NCBI GenBank assembly: GCA_016618085.1
Contig: JABLTG010000037.1
Coordinates: forward strand, 62,001-122,039
Source: Neovahlkampfia damariscottae
Taxonomy: Eukaryota
Reading direction: 5' to 3'
DNA length: 60,039 bases
The position numbers were made by a program, and so were the translations under genes. Under the pieces are notes generated by a model. The model was not told where the DNA came from. It saw only the letters and a list, made by a program, of their open reading frames with translations, and ran no database searches. Positions 1 to 12,800 of this stretch are shown here, piece after piece. Positions within the stretch are counted from its first letter, which is position 1, and every line of letters begins with the position of its first letter.

Positions 1-102
1 TTCTTCAATTCTTCATTTCTTTTTTTTGTATTTTGTAATTCTCAAGTTGTTTTGTTTTCTAATTGTTCGTCAGTGCAACTCTTTAAACCAATTTTGTAGT
101 AA

Positions 103-928
103 CTATTGTATAGTTTGGATGGATATTACATTTATTTTGAAAGGCGACAAAACAAGCATATGCCAACAAATAACATGATCAATTGTGGAGTGTAAAACAC
201 GAAACAGAATAATATTTTCTGTTTATACTTATTGGGTTGTGCCTTTTGGTATGCAAATTCTAGTCTAGATGTGATTGGAGAAAATCAAGATTTTCTTTTT
301 TTTTAATCCTTCAAATTCATAATTTTCTATCAAGTAAAGTTGAAGAAAATGTTTGTAGTTGAAGAAGACCGATGTCTAACAAAAGATGAATGGAACATAA
401 TAAATTCTCGTAAAACCAATCCTCCAGAATATCCAGAAGAATATGAAAAGTTTTGGTCAAACTTGACAGGAAGAAAAAAAAAAGATTGAACCTTCACAAG
501 AAGAATTAGAAAAATTAAAGAAGCGCTATAGCAAGCCTAAAAAATCAGAAAAAATTGATCCTACATCTTTTGGTATTGATGAAAAGCGAGAAAATGTTGA
601 CAATGCAAAAATTGTAAAAATGGAAGGAAACAATGACTTGAATTCAGATTATATGATAAATCTTTCCATGAATGCCAAGATAATTTTCAAAAATGGAGCT
701 CCTGTTGCTGGTAATGCATATTTTACGTATGAATTGAATAATGTGAATAATGAATCTTTTACAATGCATGTAAATCTATCAAAAGACAAACTTTCTGGAC
801 TCAAAGAAACAGCATCACAACTTCGTTCTTTTGCAGAAAAAAAAGGAAGGGGATACAATGTTGCAACTTCTGATGAAAAAAATCTGATATCAAACTTAAT
901 AGAACAAATTGAAAAAATTAAATTTTAA
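103..928 (+). pseudogene. Degenerate ORF, possibly YqaJ/lambda-exonuclease-like
   Basis: Fragments in different frames read LYSLDG (106-123), IVECKTR...YWVVPFGMQIL (182-264) and MFVVEED...EKFW (349-). A +1 shift in the A-run at 475-483 joins these to ORF 620-928. Confidence 0.3.
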
Positions 929-1123
929 ATTTTTTTATTTGATGAAAATTTTCCATATTTAAGAAGTGGTATTTTTTACAATCCATGTTTCAACTAAAAA
1001 CAATATTTTTCATTTTGAAGTGTCTTGTTGGCAATAAAACACAACTTTTATTTTATAACATGACGAATTATATTCAATCTTAATGATGTAAAAAAAAGTG
1101 ATAAAGGGATTTATTTTCAATAG

Positions 1124-1263
1124 CATCACTTATTTAGAGTAACACCACTTGTTTGTTAAAACCCATACTTATTCGGAATAACACCACTTGTTCAGATTCA
1201 CCACACTTATTCGGAAACAAGTCTTTTTATTGCTAAAAACCACCTTTGTTCGGTTGAAACCAC
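1124..1263. repeat. Degenerate tandem array, 19/20-bp units (39-bp dimer)
   Basis: Core (c/t)ACTT(a/g)TT occurs at 1127, 1146, 1166, 1185 and 1204, with a variant near 1243. Confidence 0.75.
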
Positions 1264-1485
1264 AGACTTCAACTTAGAAACCAAGGTTTATTTGTATAAC
1301 GTGACTAATTACATGGGAGTCTTAATATATACTTTTTTTATTTCCTAAAATCTCTTAATTTTTCTAAATCTATAAATGTTTATGTATTTAATATTTCATT
1401 AATCTCTCTTTTAAAAATTAAAAATCAATCTTTCTTTTACTTTTTATTTCTTCATTCATTGGTTTATGTTTTTAATTGGCCAATT

Positions 1486-2034
1486 ATGAAACAACAAATA
1501 TTTGAGTTAACAAGTGAAGATAAAGTTACTATTTTATTTTATAAGAATATTAAGAATATAGACGAAATAAAGAAATTAAAATTCAATGCATCATTTATCA
1601 ATACTTCAATGATAGTATCCATCTTTCAAGTTTTAGTATCAACTTATAAATCATTAAATACAAATAAAACAAATGATTTTTATTCTGAAATTATTTATAA
1701 TTTAGGTATATCTAAGAATGTAATTGAATATATTATTTTTTATATTTTTTTTAAGATTTCAACTAATTTAAATGCATTTGGAATTGAAAGTGATCCAAAT
1801 AATATTCTAATTGTAATGTTAAATGTAAAAGAAGAAGAATTAAAAAATATAAAAAATATAATTAAAAATGATGAAGAAAAAGAAGAAAATAATTTATCTA
1901 TTGATGAAGAAATTAAAAATGAAATGAATATTGAAAAAATAAAAAAATTATATAAACTATCAAATTTAAAATCAAATAATGTTATTGAAATTGAAAAATT
2001 AATCATTTCAAAATTATCAATAAGGGATTTATAA
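1486..2034 (+). CDS. CGI121: KEOPS subunit CGI121/TPRKB-like
   Basis: Motifs SEIIYNLGISKN-ISTNLNAFGI; in-frame 36-nt GT-AG intron 1720-1755. Confidence 0.75.
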   Translation: MKQQIFELTSEDKVTILFYKNIKNIDEIKKLKFNASFINTSMIVSIFQVLVSTYKSLNTNKTNDFYSEIIYNLGISKNVIEYIIFYIFFKISTNLNAFGIESDPNNILIVMLNVKEEELKNIKNIIKNDEEKEENNLSIDEEIKNEMNIEKIKKLYKLSNLKSNNVIEIEKLIISKLSIRDL

Positions 2035-2088
2035 AAAAATAAATATTAGTTGTTCGGAATTTTCGGAATTTAAAAAATAACCAATCAA

Positions 2089-2731
2089 ATGTCAAATCAA
2101 ACAGAAGAACAAGTTCCAAATCAACCTTCAGATGAATTTGAAGAAAGAATAAAAAGAGAAAGAGAAAAACCAATTGGAAATGGTGGTAAAACAGATAAAT
2201 ATACATGGACACAAAAAGGTAGAGTAGAACTCTTTTCTTTTTACTTTTACAAAAGAAAATGAATGTTCCATCATAATTGATGTACCTTATGGTACAAGAG
2301 GAAAGAATTTAGATATAAAAATAGAAGCAGATAGTTTATATGTTGCATTAAAAGGATCAAAAGAACCAATAATTAATGGTAAGTTACACTCAAGAATATT
2401 ACCAAATGATTCATATTGGGATTTAGAAGATAAAAAATTATTAACTATTTGTATGGTTAAAGAAGATAGAAAAGGATCATGGTGGAATTGTGCTATTCAA
2501 GGTGATCCAACTATTGATACAAAAAAGATAATTCCAGATGCTATGCATATATCTCAATTAGATCAAGAAACAAGAGCTACTGTAGAAAAAATGATGTTTG
2601 ATCAAAGACAAAAACAAATGGGTTTACCAACAAGTGATGATTTAAAAAAACAAGAATTAATAAATCAAATGAAAAATGCAAAAGGTGCTCCTGATATTGA
2701 TTTTTCAAATTTAAATTTTATGAATCAATAA
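2089..2731 (+). CDS. NUDC: NudC-family co-chaperone (CS domain)
   Basis: PIGNGG..DKYTWTQ and LDQETRATVEKMMFDQRQKQMGLPTSD; intron 2219-2255. Confidence 0.92.
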
Positions 2732-2816
2732 ATTTTCAAACTGAATTTGAATTTAATTTGAATGTTTTTAATTTTGATTGGTTGACTAAACAGAAACAAA
2801 AGAAAAAACAAAAGAG

Positions 2817-3374
2817 ATGCCAAAAAACAAAGGAAAAGGTGGAAAGACAAGAAAAAGAGGTAAAAATAACTCAGAACAAACAAGAAAGGATGTTTTATTG
2901 AGAGAAGAAGGTCAAGAATATGGTGTTGTTGTTAGAATGTTAGGAAACGGTAGATTAGAAGCATTATGTTATGATGGTAAAAAAAGGTTATGCCATATTC
3001 GTGGAAAGATGAAAAAGAAAATTTGGATTGCACAAGGTGATACTGTTTTGATTTCTTTGAGAGATTTTCAAGACGATAAAGCAGACGTTATTCATAAATA
3101 TAAACCAGAAGAAGCAAGAGAATTAAAAAAAATGGGTGAATTACCTGTTGATGCAAAAATTAATGAATCTTCTGGATTTGATGATGACTCAAAAGGAAAG
3201 GTTTCAATTGAATTTTTAGAAGACGGAAATAATATTGTTAGTGGAAATGGAGAACAAGACGAAGAAGAAGAAGAAGAAGAAGAAGAAGAAACAGAATCTG
3301 AAGAAGAAACAGATAGTGATGAAGAAATTGAAGTTGCACCAAAAAATGCAAAAGTTACTTTTGATGATTTATAA
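2817..3374 (+). CDS. EIF1A: Translation initiation factor eIF1A
   Basis: [10 protein letters not shown]..., [20 protein letters not shown], acidic tail. Confidence 0.97.
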   Translation: MPKNKGKGGKTRKRGKNNSEQTRKDVLLREEGQEYGVVVRMLGNGRLEALCYDGKKRLCHIRGKMKKKIWIAQGDTVLISLRDFQDDKADVIHKYKPEEARELKKMGELPVDAKINESSGFDDDSKGKVSIEFLEDGNNIVSGNGEQDEEEEEEEEEETESEEETDSDEEIEVAPKNAKVTFDDL

Positions 3375-3421
3375 AAAAAAAAAAAAAAAATAAAAATAAA
3401 AAAATTCAACCTTCTTTTTTT

Positions 3422-4407
3422 TTAAACTTCTTTTGGTTCAATACCTAAATCTTGAATTTTTAATGAATTTTCAGATGGTAAAAGATTTTCTTCCAACATT
3501 GCTACCATTTCTCTTGAAAAAGTTGGTGAAGGTAAAAATTGAGATACACCAACAAATAAGTCACCAAATACAATTGGTAAAGATACAACCATTTTTCCAG
3601 ATGATTTTTTAAATTTATAAATTTTTTGAATTGTTTCTGAAAATGATAAAACTTTTGGTCCTGCAAACTCAAATGTTTTTCCTTTTAAATCTTTTTTAAT
3701 AATTTCTAATACTCCATTAGCAACGTCATCCATATGAATTGGTTGTAATTTTGAATTTCCACCAGGTAATGGATAAAATGGTAAAAATCTACCTGCTTTA
3801 TATAATCCATCTAAAAGTCTTTCAAAGTTGTTAAATATTTTTTTTTTTTTTTTTACTTATTTTGATGACCAAAAATTAAAGAAGATTTAATAATATTAAC
3901 TTCAGGATAACAACCATAAGACATATCTTCACTTCTATATTTCATATCAGAATATAATGATTTTGATTCAAGTTTTGAACCCAAACAACTAAATTGAATT
4001 AATTGTTTTACGTTTAAATTTTTTGAATTAAAAGAGATATGTTGTACACCATCAACAAAAACATCTCTCCAAGAGTATTCACTTTCATAATTAATATTTG
4101 TTGTATTAATAACTACTTCAGAACCTGAAATAGCATGATATACACTCTCATTATTGGTAATATCACTATATTCTCCTTTAACATTTTCTATTATTTATTT
4201 AAAATATAATTATTTTTTACCATATTTCTTGGTAACTTCATTTGGAAAACGACAAGCAACAGTAATTTGATTAAATTGTGTATTCAATTTTTCAACTAAA
4301 TTTCTTGAAACAAAACCATTTCCAAAAATAGTTACATTTGGTTTAGTTGAATAATTTTTATCAACTTTTTTTAACAAATTATGTTGATTTTTAAAAATTC
4401 TCTTCAT
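3422..4407 (-). CDS. NDUFA9: Complex I 39-kDa subunit (NDUFA9-like SDR)
   Basis: Presequence-like N-terminus, VTIFGNGFV, LQPIHMDDVA, GKTFEFAGP; two small introns. Confidence 0.75.
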
Positions 4408-4471
4408 AACTTTTGATTTATTGGTTGAAAAAATTAAAAGTATTTGATTGGTTTATTTTAAACAAGTAAAA

Positions 4472-6315
4472 ATGTCCTTCTTCAAAAGAGTTTTTAGAAA
4501 CAAAACATCATTCACAAGACATTTTAAAGAATTTGGTGAAAAACCAAAATTCCTTGAAAATATTCAAAACAATACTTCCTTTTTACCTTTTGGTACAATT
4601 ATTCTTTTATTACCTTTTGTTATTACACCTTTAATAAAAAATAAAAGTATTTCAAAAGATCAAGAGACAGGTGCTGGAGACCGTATGTTATTCTTTTTTT
4701 TTTTTAAAATATATTTTATAGCACGTGTAGAAGAATTAAGAAAACATAGAGAAGAAAGAAAAAAACTTAAAGAAACAACAAGTGAAGAAATTAAAATACA
4801 TTCACCAATTTCAGAAGAAGAAGAAGAAGAAAAAGATTTAACTAAAGTATTTTCACCTTCCAAAAATGAAAACTTAGAAAAGAAATATAAATACATTTTA
4901 GTAGGTGGTGGTACAGCAAGTTATGCAGTAAAAAAATGAATAAATTTAATTTTTTATATTTTTTAAATAGGCTTTAAAAAGTATAAGATCATCAGATCCA
5001 GAAGGTACAATATTAATGATTAGTAAAGAAGAATATACACCTTATGCGTAAATAATATTAAATAAATTTAAAAAATTAGACGACCACCTTTAACTAAAGA
5101 ATTATGGAAGAATGCAGTTTCAAGAAGTGACTTTACTTATAAAGATTATAAAAATGATACTAAAAGTATATTTTATCAAAATGAAGATTATTATCAAGGA
5201 AAAGGAATTAAAATATTAAAAGGAACAGAAGTTATTGTAAGTATTATAAATCATTTTAAAAATAGAAATTAAATGTTTCTGATCATAGTATTGAAATAGA
5301 AAATGGAAATTCAATAAAATATGATAAATTATTATTAGCAACAGGTGGATATCCAAGAGAATTACCAGGTCAAATTGAATTTCCAGATCAAGTTACATCA
5401 TTTAGAAATATTAATGATTTTAAAAAACTTGAAAGTTTAACAAAAAATGGAAAGATTAGAGATATTTGTATAATTGGTGGTAGTTTATTAGGTACAGAAT
5501 TATCATTTGCATTATCAGCAAATACTAAAGCTAGAATTACACAAGTATATTTAGAACCAGAAGTATTAGCTAGAATATTTCCAAGATATTTATCAAAACA
5601 TATTAGTCATGAATTAAAACAAAATGGAGTTAAATTAAAACCAAATTCAAATGTATTAAAAGTTACAAAAGATACAACAATGAAAGAATCAAAATTAAAA
5701 TTACATTTAGATTCAGGTGAAATAGTTGAAAGTGATTTTATAATTACAGCAATGGGTATTTATCCAAATACAGAATTAGCAGAAGAATCTGGATTAGAAA
5801 TTGATCATAAAAATGGTGGTATTGTTGCAAATGCAGAATTAGAATCAAGATCAAGTATATTTGTTGCAGGTGATATTTTAAGTTATCATGATGTTCTTTA
5901 TAATAAAAGAAGAAGATCAGAACATTATTTACATGCATTATCAACTGGAACAAGAGCAGGTTTAAATATGACAGGAAATACAAAACCATATACTGATACA
6001 ACTTTAATTTGGTCAGAATCAGGTAAAAATAGTTGGGAAGCTATTGGTGAAATTGATTCAAGATTAGAAACATATTCAGTTTGGAATGGTTTATCTGTTA
6101 AACAAACAGGTTCTTTATGGTCAATTGCACCTTCAACACCTTCTATTAAATCTTTAGATAAAGGTGTTGTTTATTATTTAAATAAACAAAAACAATTAGT
6201 TGGTATTCTTTTATGGAATGTAAATGGTAAATTTAAAAATGCAAAGAATTTATTATTGGAAAAACATATTTATAATGATTTATCAGAATTAAATAATAAA
6301 ATTTCATTAGATTAA
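4472..6315 (+). CDS. AIFM1: Apoptosis-inducing factor-like flavoprotein
   Basis: [50 protein letters not shown]; four introns. Confidence 0.85.
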
Positions 6316-7350
6316 TTTTTCAAATTCAGGTAAAACTTTAAATAAATCTTCAACTAAATAATAATCACTTATTTGAAATATTGGTGCTTCTTTATCTTTA
6401 TTTATTGAAACAATACATTTAGAATCTTTCATTCCTGCAACATGTTGTATTGCTCCAGAAATACCAAATGCAATATATAAATCAGGTGCTACTGTCTTTC
6501 CTGTTTGTCCAATTTGTAAATCATTTGGTGCCATTCCAGAATCTACTGCTGCTCTACTTGCTCCTACTGCTGCTTTTCCTTTAAATTTATCTGCAAAATT
6601 ATAAAGTAATTTAAAATTATCTTCACTTCCCATTCCTCTACCACCACCAATAATTATTGATGCTGAAGTTAATTCAGGTCTTTCACTTTTAGTTAAAATA
6701 GATTCAATAAATTTAGTTTGATCTTCTTTTAATTCTTCTCCTTTTATATTCTCAATTAAACCTTCATTTTCATTTTCTTTTTCTTTTATTTTATCAAAAC
6801 AAGTGGTTCTAATGGTAAGTATTTTAATATCATCATTGCTTTCTAATTATATTAATTTATTTTTATCTTTACCAATTTCACATAATGCATTTCCTGCATA
6901 GATTGGTCTAACAAAATTGGAAGGTGAATTGATCTTCATTACATCACTAATTGGTTGTACATCTAAATTAGCACCCAATCTAGGTAATACATTCTTTCCA
7001 AATGCTGTATGATTACTTAAAATATGTGTATATTTTTCTTTTTCTTGTATGTTCAAAATTGCTTTAGAAACTTTTTCTGCAATTAAATTTTTTAATCCTT
7101 CGTTGGAATATAAAAGAATTTTATTAATTCCATCAAATTTTGAAATATGTTTTCCAACATTTGAACAATCACTTTCTGTACCAGTAACAAGAGCTGTGAC
7201 TTCTCCACCTAATTCTTTTGCTGCATTTAACGTACTCAATGATGGTGCTGAAATATTTCCTTCTGAATGCTCAATTACTACTAATGACTTGACATTCGCA
7301 AATTTAAAATTGGTTTTTTTGAAAAACAATTGTGAACTTTTTCTAAACAT
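6307..7350 (-). CDS. ETFA: Electron transfer flavoprotein alpha
   Basis: [33 protein letters not shown]; one intron; stop overlaps the AIF 3' end. Confidence 0.96.
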
Positions 7351-7486
7351 GTTTGATTGGATGAAAAATTAACCAATAATTTAGTTTTATTTAAACAGTT
7401 TTCATTGGATTAACATGTGAATTTTGATTGGTCTACTGGACTTTTTAAAAGGCGCCAATTACCGTTATTTTCAAATCAGAAGAATA

Positions 7487-8647
7487 ATGAACGAAAGAGT
7501 CACAACACAATACAGAACAAGATTTGGTAAGGAAAACAACAAGCAAGTAGACAAAACAGCATTTGAAGGTAAAGCACAAACAAGACAAGCCTTTGGTGAT
7601 CTTTCCAACGTAGAAAAAATAACATTAGGAAAAAAAATACAAGAAAAAAAGACTAAAGTTCAATCAAGACCTTTATCAAACTCAAATATCAAAGAAGATG
7701 TTCAACCTCTTTCAAAACCACAACCACAAGCTTCTGAAATCGAAGAATTCAATTTTACAAAAGACAACATCCAAGAATTAAATCAAGAATTAATGAAACC
7801 ACTTTCACCACAACTTCAATTACCTACAGTATCTTCAGTTTTGCTCCAAAGTCCTGGAATTGATAGAAAAAAATCAAATGATCCACAAGAATGCACCGAA
7901 TACATCAAAGATATTTTTGAATATTTCAGAGATCACGAAACAAAATATAGAGTGAATTCAAATTATATGGAAATGCAAAATGATATTACTTTTACAATGA
8001 GAGGTGTATTGATTGATTGGATGGTTGATGTTACAATTAAATTTGATCTTTCAAATGAAACACTTTATCTTTGTGTTAATCTTTTGGATAGATTTCTTTC
8101 AACTAAAGGTGTATCAAGATCAAAACTTCAATTAGTTGGAATTACTTGTTTATGGATTGCTTCAAAATATGAAGAAATTTATTGTCCAGAAGTTGTCGAT
8201 TTTGTCGAAATTTGTGCAAATGCTTATTCAAAAGATGAATTATTTCGTATGGAAAGATTAATTTTAACAACATTAAATTTCAATCTCACTATTGCTTCAC
8301 CTGTAACATTTTTAACTCGTTATGCAAAAGTAACAAATATGGATGATACTCAAATTTTTGCTTCACATTTCATTTCAGAATTGGCTCTTTTAGAACCAAA
8401 AATGATGGACTTTAAACCTTCAATTATTGCTTGTTCTTCAATTTATCTTGCAAGAAAGAAATTAAATCCTGATACTCCTGCTTGGACAAAAGAAGCAGTT
8501 TATTATTCTGGCTATTCAAAAAAAGATTTGGAAGAATGTGTTTTAATTTTGGTCAAACTTTTGCAATCTGATTCAAACCTTAAAGCTCTTCATAAAAAAT
8601 ATGCAAGTTTAAAAAGAAAATCAGTTTCAAATTTGATGAAATTTTAA
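7487..8647 (+). CDS. B-type cyclin
   Basis: D-box RQAFGDLSN, MRGVLIDW cyclin box, IASKYEEIY. Confidence 0.9.
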   Translation: MNERVTTQYRTRFGKENNKQVDKTAFEGKAQTRQAFGDLSNVEKITLGKKIQEKKTKVQSRPLSNSNIKEDVQPLSKPQPQASEIEEFNFTKDNIQELNQELMKPLSPQLQLPTVSSVLLQSPGIDRKKSNDPQECTEYIKDIFEYFRDHETKYRVNSNYMEMQNDITFTMRGVLIDWMVDVTIKFDLSNETLYLCVNLLDRFLSTKGVSRSKLQLVGITCLWIASKYEEIYCPEVVDFVEICANAYSKDELFRMERLILTTLNFNLTIASPVTFLTRYAKVTNMDDTQIFASHFISELALLEPKMMDFKPSIIACSSIYLARKKLNPDTPAWTKEAVYYSGYSKKDLEECVLILVKLLQSDSNLKALHKKYASLKRKSVSNLMKF

Positions 8648-8771
8648 ATGCAGAGAGAAAAAGTTAGTAACTTTTTTTCATCTCTTATTCTCAAAATGAA
8701 AATAATAAAATATTTTGATTGGTGTACTTTTGTTATTTTTAGATTATTACTTGAAGACAAAAACAAAGTGA

Positions 8772-9452
8772 ATGTACAACTCAAATTATTCATACCAATC
8801 AAATAACTATTCCAATACAGGATCACAAAAAAATCTTGTATCTCAACCAAGCTTTAAGAGTGGAAAAGTAAAATTATTTGAAAACATAAAAGAAAGAGAA
8901 AAATACGAAAATTTAGCAGATTTGTATTCAATCATAAATACAGTTGAACATTTAGAAAAAGCTTATGTTAGAGATGCTATTAAAGCAGAACCTTATGCAA
9001 AAGCAACAACAAAATTAATTGCTCAATTTAAAACTTTAAAACAAATTTTAAATATAGACGTTGAAGAATTTATGAGAGAATATAAAATTGATTGCCCAGC
9101 TGCTTCATATAGATTAATAAAAATTGGAGTTCCAGCAACAGTTGAACATGGAAGTTCAAGTTCAGATTCATCAAGAGTGGTAGCAGAAACAGTTCAACAT
9201 TTTATCACTGCTATGGATGCAATTAAAATTGATCAAAGAAGTGTGGATCAACTTCAACCTTGGATTTCAGCTTTGATTGATTCTTTGGGAAAGTGTAGAA
9301 TTAAAGATTTTGAAGAAAAACAAAAAATAAAAGAATGGTTAATCATATTCAATTCAATGAAAGCAAGTGATGAATTAGATGATGATCAATTAAGACAATT
9401 GGCTTTTGATTTAGAAAATGCTTATAACTCTTTTCATAAATTATTATTCTAA
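8772..9452 (+). CDS. VPS28: ESCRT-I subunit VPS28
   Basis: ENLADLYSII..EHLEKAY, ETVQHFITAMD, RQLAFDLE. Confidence 0.96.
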   Translation: MYNSNYSYQSNNYSNTGSQKNLVSQPSFKSGKVKLFENIKEREKYENLADLYSIINTVEHLEKAYVRDAIKAEPYAKATTKLIAQFKTLKQILNIDVEEFMREYKIDCPAASYRLIKIGVPATVEHGSSSSDSSRVVAETVQHFITAMDAIKIDQRSVDQLQPWISALIDSLGKCRIKDFEEKQKIKEWLIIFNSMKASDELDDDQLRQLAFDLENAYNSFHKLLF

Positions 9453-9473
9453 AAAAAATAAAGAAATTATAGT

Positions 9474-9818
9474 TTATTGTTTTGTTAATTTTTGTGCTTG
9501 TTTTTCCAATTCTTGAAGTTTTTCAGTAAACAAAATTTGAGCTTTTTTATTTTTTTCAACTTCTTGTGCACAAAATTCAATATTTTTAGAATAGTTTTCT
9601 TTTAATGTTTTTGCAGGAGTTTTAACAAATAATCTACCAACTGTTTTATAAGTTGTTGTGTCTTCTGGTACATTTTCAAGATAATCCAAAGCTGTTTTTT
9701 CAGTTACATATTCTTGTTCAAAAACTTGTTTTGACATTGCAATTTGATTCAATTGTCTTGTTGTAGCAATATATTTTTTTTGTATTTCTTCCAATTCTTT
9801 TTTTGAGTTATTATCCAT
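9474..9818 (-). CDS. PFDN1: Prefoldin beta subunit (PFDN1-like)
   Basis: Coiled coils flanking TYKTVGRLFV. Confidence 0.75.
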   Translation of the reverse strand: MDNNSKKELEEIQKKYIATTRQLNQIAMSKQVFEQEYVTEKTALDYLENVPEDTTTYKTVGRLFVKTPAKTLKENYSKNIEFCAQEVEKNKKAQILFTEKLQELEKQAQKLTKQ

Positions 9819-9882
9819 TTTGTTCTTGTTCCTTTTTTTTCTCAACTCAAAATTTGACCAATTGAAAAAGAGTAAAAAAGAT

Positions 9883-12800
9883 TTATTTTAAATATTCATT
9901 TAATAAATCAAATTGATGATATTTTCCTATTTTTTTAAAAATATCCAATTTTTTAGTTTGTTTTAATTTCCAATCACCTGAACAATCACAATTTTTGTTC
10001 ATAAATTGATATTTAATATTTTGACATTTTGAACATTCTAAATCTTGAAATTGAAAAGAATGAATAATATTTTTTAAAATATCAATTAATTTTCCTTCAA
10101 TAATATCTTTGTTATATTGTTTAAAACAATCCAAACATTTATATTCTAAAATATTTGGATCACGTAATAAATCAATATTTTTACATGAATTACAAAATTC
10201 ACAAATAAAATTATTTAAAATGAATGAATCATTATTAAATAAATCATCATCTTCATTTTCATTTTCATCTTTTGTTAATTTTAATAAACTTAATTTCATA
10301 AATTCAACTTGTTGTTTTATTTTTTCATCAAATGATAAAATGAAACATAATAAATTAATAAATTTAATTTCTTCTGTTGTTTTTTTAAATTGTTCAATAA
10401 AATTTAAAAGAATTGGTGTAAAATAATCTTCAATAAATGATTTCATATATTTTTCATCTTTTTTAAAAATATTTGTTAAATATTTCATTAAATATTGTTT
10501 AATATTTTCTTTAAATGAATAATTCTCAATTAAATTTAAATTTAATTGAATAATTGGATTTAATGAATTATCATTAATTTTAATACCAATAAAATTAATT
10601 TCATCAATAAATATTAAATATTCCCAATATTTTAAAGTATCAAATTCAATCCATGAAAATAATTTTTTTTTTGAAATATTATTAAATAAATAATTTAAAT
10701 AATTCTTTGTATCATTTAAATTCTTCTTTGGTGTTTCAATAATAATCTTTTGATAATTTGAAAATATAATTTTACATCCTAATTTTTTAAAGTTTGATAA
10801 TAAATATAACCAAAACTTTCTCATCATTTTAATTAAGAATTGACTAAATTTTGAATCATATAATTTTGATTTTGGATTAATAATCCATCTAAATAAATTA
10901 TCAATTAAAATACCACTCTCATTTGATTCATTTACACCAAATTCATAATATAAATTAGATATTAATTTTTGTAATATTTTAAATTGATTTAAATATTTTT
11001 TATCAGAAAGATTAAATGATTTTTTAATTTCTTCTTCTTCTTCTTCTAAATATTGATATTGTAATATTGAATTCATTAATAAATGTTTAATTTCAATTTC
11101 ACATGATATATTTGAATATCCACCAGAATGTTTAATTGAAGAAAATAAATTAATTTCATTTTCAGATAAATATATTTCTTCTTCATCTTGATTTTCTTCA
11201 CCAATCCATAATAAATGATTTGAATCTCTTAATAATCTTGAATATAATACATCAATTAAATATATTGTAAAATCATTTTCAATATTTCCTATTGGTATTT
11301 TATATTTTAAAATAAATGGTAATAAATTATTAAACCAATCTTTTGATTGATAATATCTAATAAACATTCTTTTTAATATTAAATTCTTCCAATTTAATAA
11401 TTGTAATTGTAAAGTATCATCATTATTAAATGGTATTTTTAATATTGGATACTCATTTAATTCATTAATTTCTTTAATCCATTCATAAGTTGAATTTAAA
11501 TAAGATTGAAGTAATACTATTTTAGATCCTTTTACATTTTGAAATATCTTTTTCATTTCATTAAATAATTCATCTTGTTTTAAATATTTTAATTGAAATT
11601 TTAAATGTTTAAATTCTTCTTCTTCTTCTTCTTCTTCTTGTTGATTCTTTTTATATGAATTTAAAACATCTTTCCAAATCTTTTCAATATTTAATATTTC
11701 ATCATTATCAGTCTTTTGAAGTATAAATATTTGAAATTGTTTATCAATTAATATTGAAAGTATACCAATATCCTTATGTTCAGAATGATAAATATAAATC
11801 TTTTTTAAATTCTTTAAATTTAAATTTAATTCATTTTGATTTAATTCATTTGTCATTTCAAAATCATTTAAATTTAATATTTTATTTTTTTCATCAATTT
11901 TAAATTGTGATTCTTCTTTTAAATGACAATTATTTCCAATTTCTAAAATTGAATTAAATATTAATGGTATATTTGATTCATATATTCCTTCAATCTTATT
12001 TGAAATTGAACATTCAATTTTTAAATCATTATATAATATTTCACTTAATTCAAATTCTTTTAAATTTAAAATTGGTTTATTTTTTGGTAATATTTTAATT
12101 AAATTTGATTTTAATTCAGTACCAGTGATACTAATATTATTAGAATGATATTCACTTCTTTGATTTAAATATATTTTTCTTTTCATTTCAATTAATAATG
12201 AATTTAATTGTTGATCAATTAAAAAGAATATTTTAAATACACCAATCTCATTTGTTTCTCTAATTTGAATAATTTGATAATTCTTTGTTTTTAAATTATC
12301 ATAATAATTTGAAAATAAATTTAATTTTCTGTTTTCTTTCTTTTTCCATTTTTCTTTTTGTAATTTTAACCAATCTGAATAATTATCATTTTCAAAGAAA
12401 TCTGATTTTAATAATTTTGTTGGATTAAAATATAATTCATTTAATTTTTTTATATTTCCATCTTTTTTTTTTTTTTTTTTTTCTTTTTTTTCAATTTCTT
12501 TTTCATTTAATTTATTTTGATTTTCATCCATAAATGTATCTGATTTTGTAATTGGTAAATCTTCAATATCTTTTAAATATTTTGTAATTGAATGTTGTTC
12601 ATTCTTTTTATTATTTTTAATTAACCAATTTGGATGTTTAATTCTTTCAACTGGATTTGAAATACCTTGAAATGATGCAGGTATGGTTATCATTTTTTGA
12701 ATTACTGAACCAAATCTTTCAATATAATAATCCCAATCAATTATATTTTTGACATTTAAATCTTGAATTGAATTCTCTTTTGTCCATTTTCTTAAAAATG

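Noticed and set aside
1124..1263. CRISPR-like appearance of the repeat array
   Set aside because: Units are contiguous and degenerate with no unique spacers or cas genes, in a eukaryotic context.
3092..3409. Antisense shadow ORFs (also 30617-30802, 39423-39851, 54911-55294 and others)
   Set aside because: Low-complexity mirror frames of real genes.
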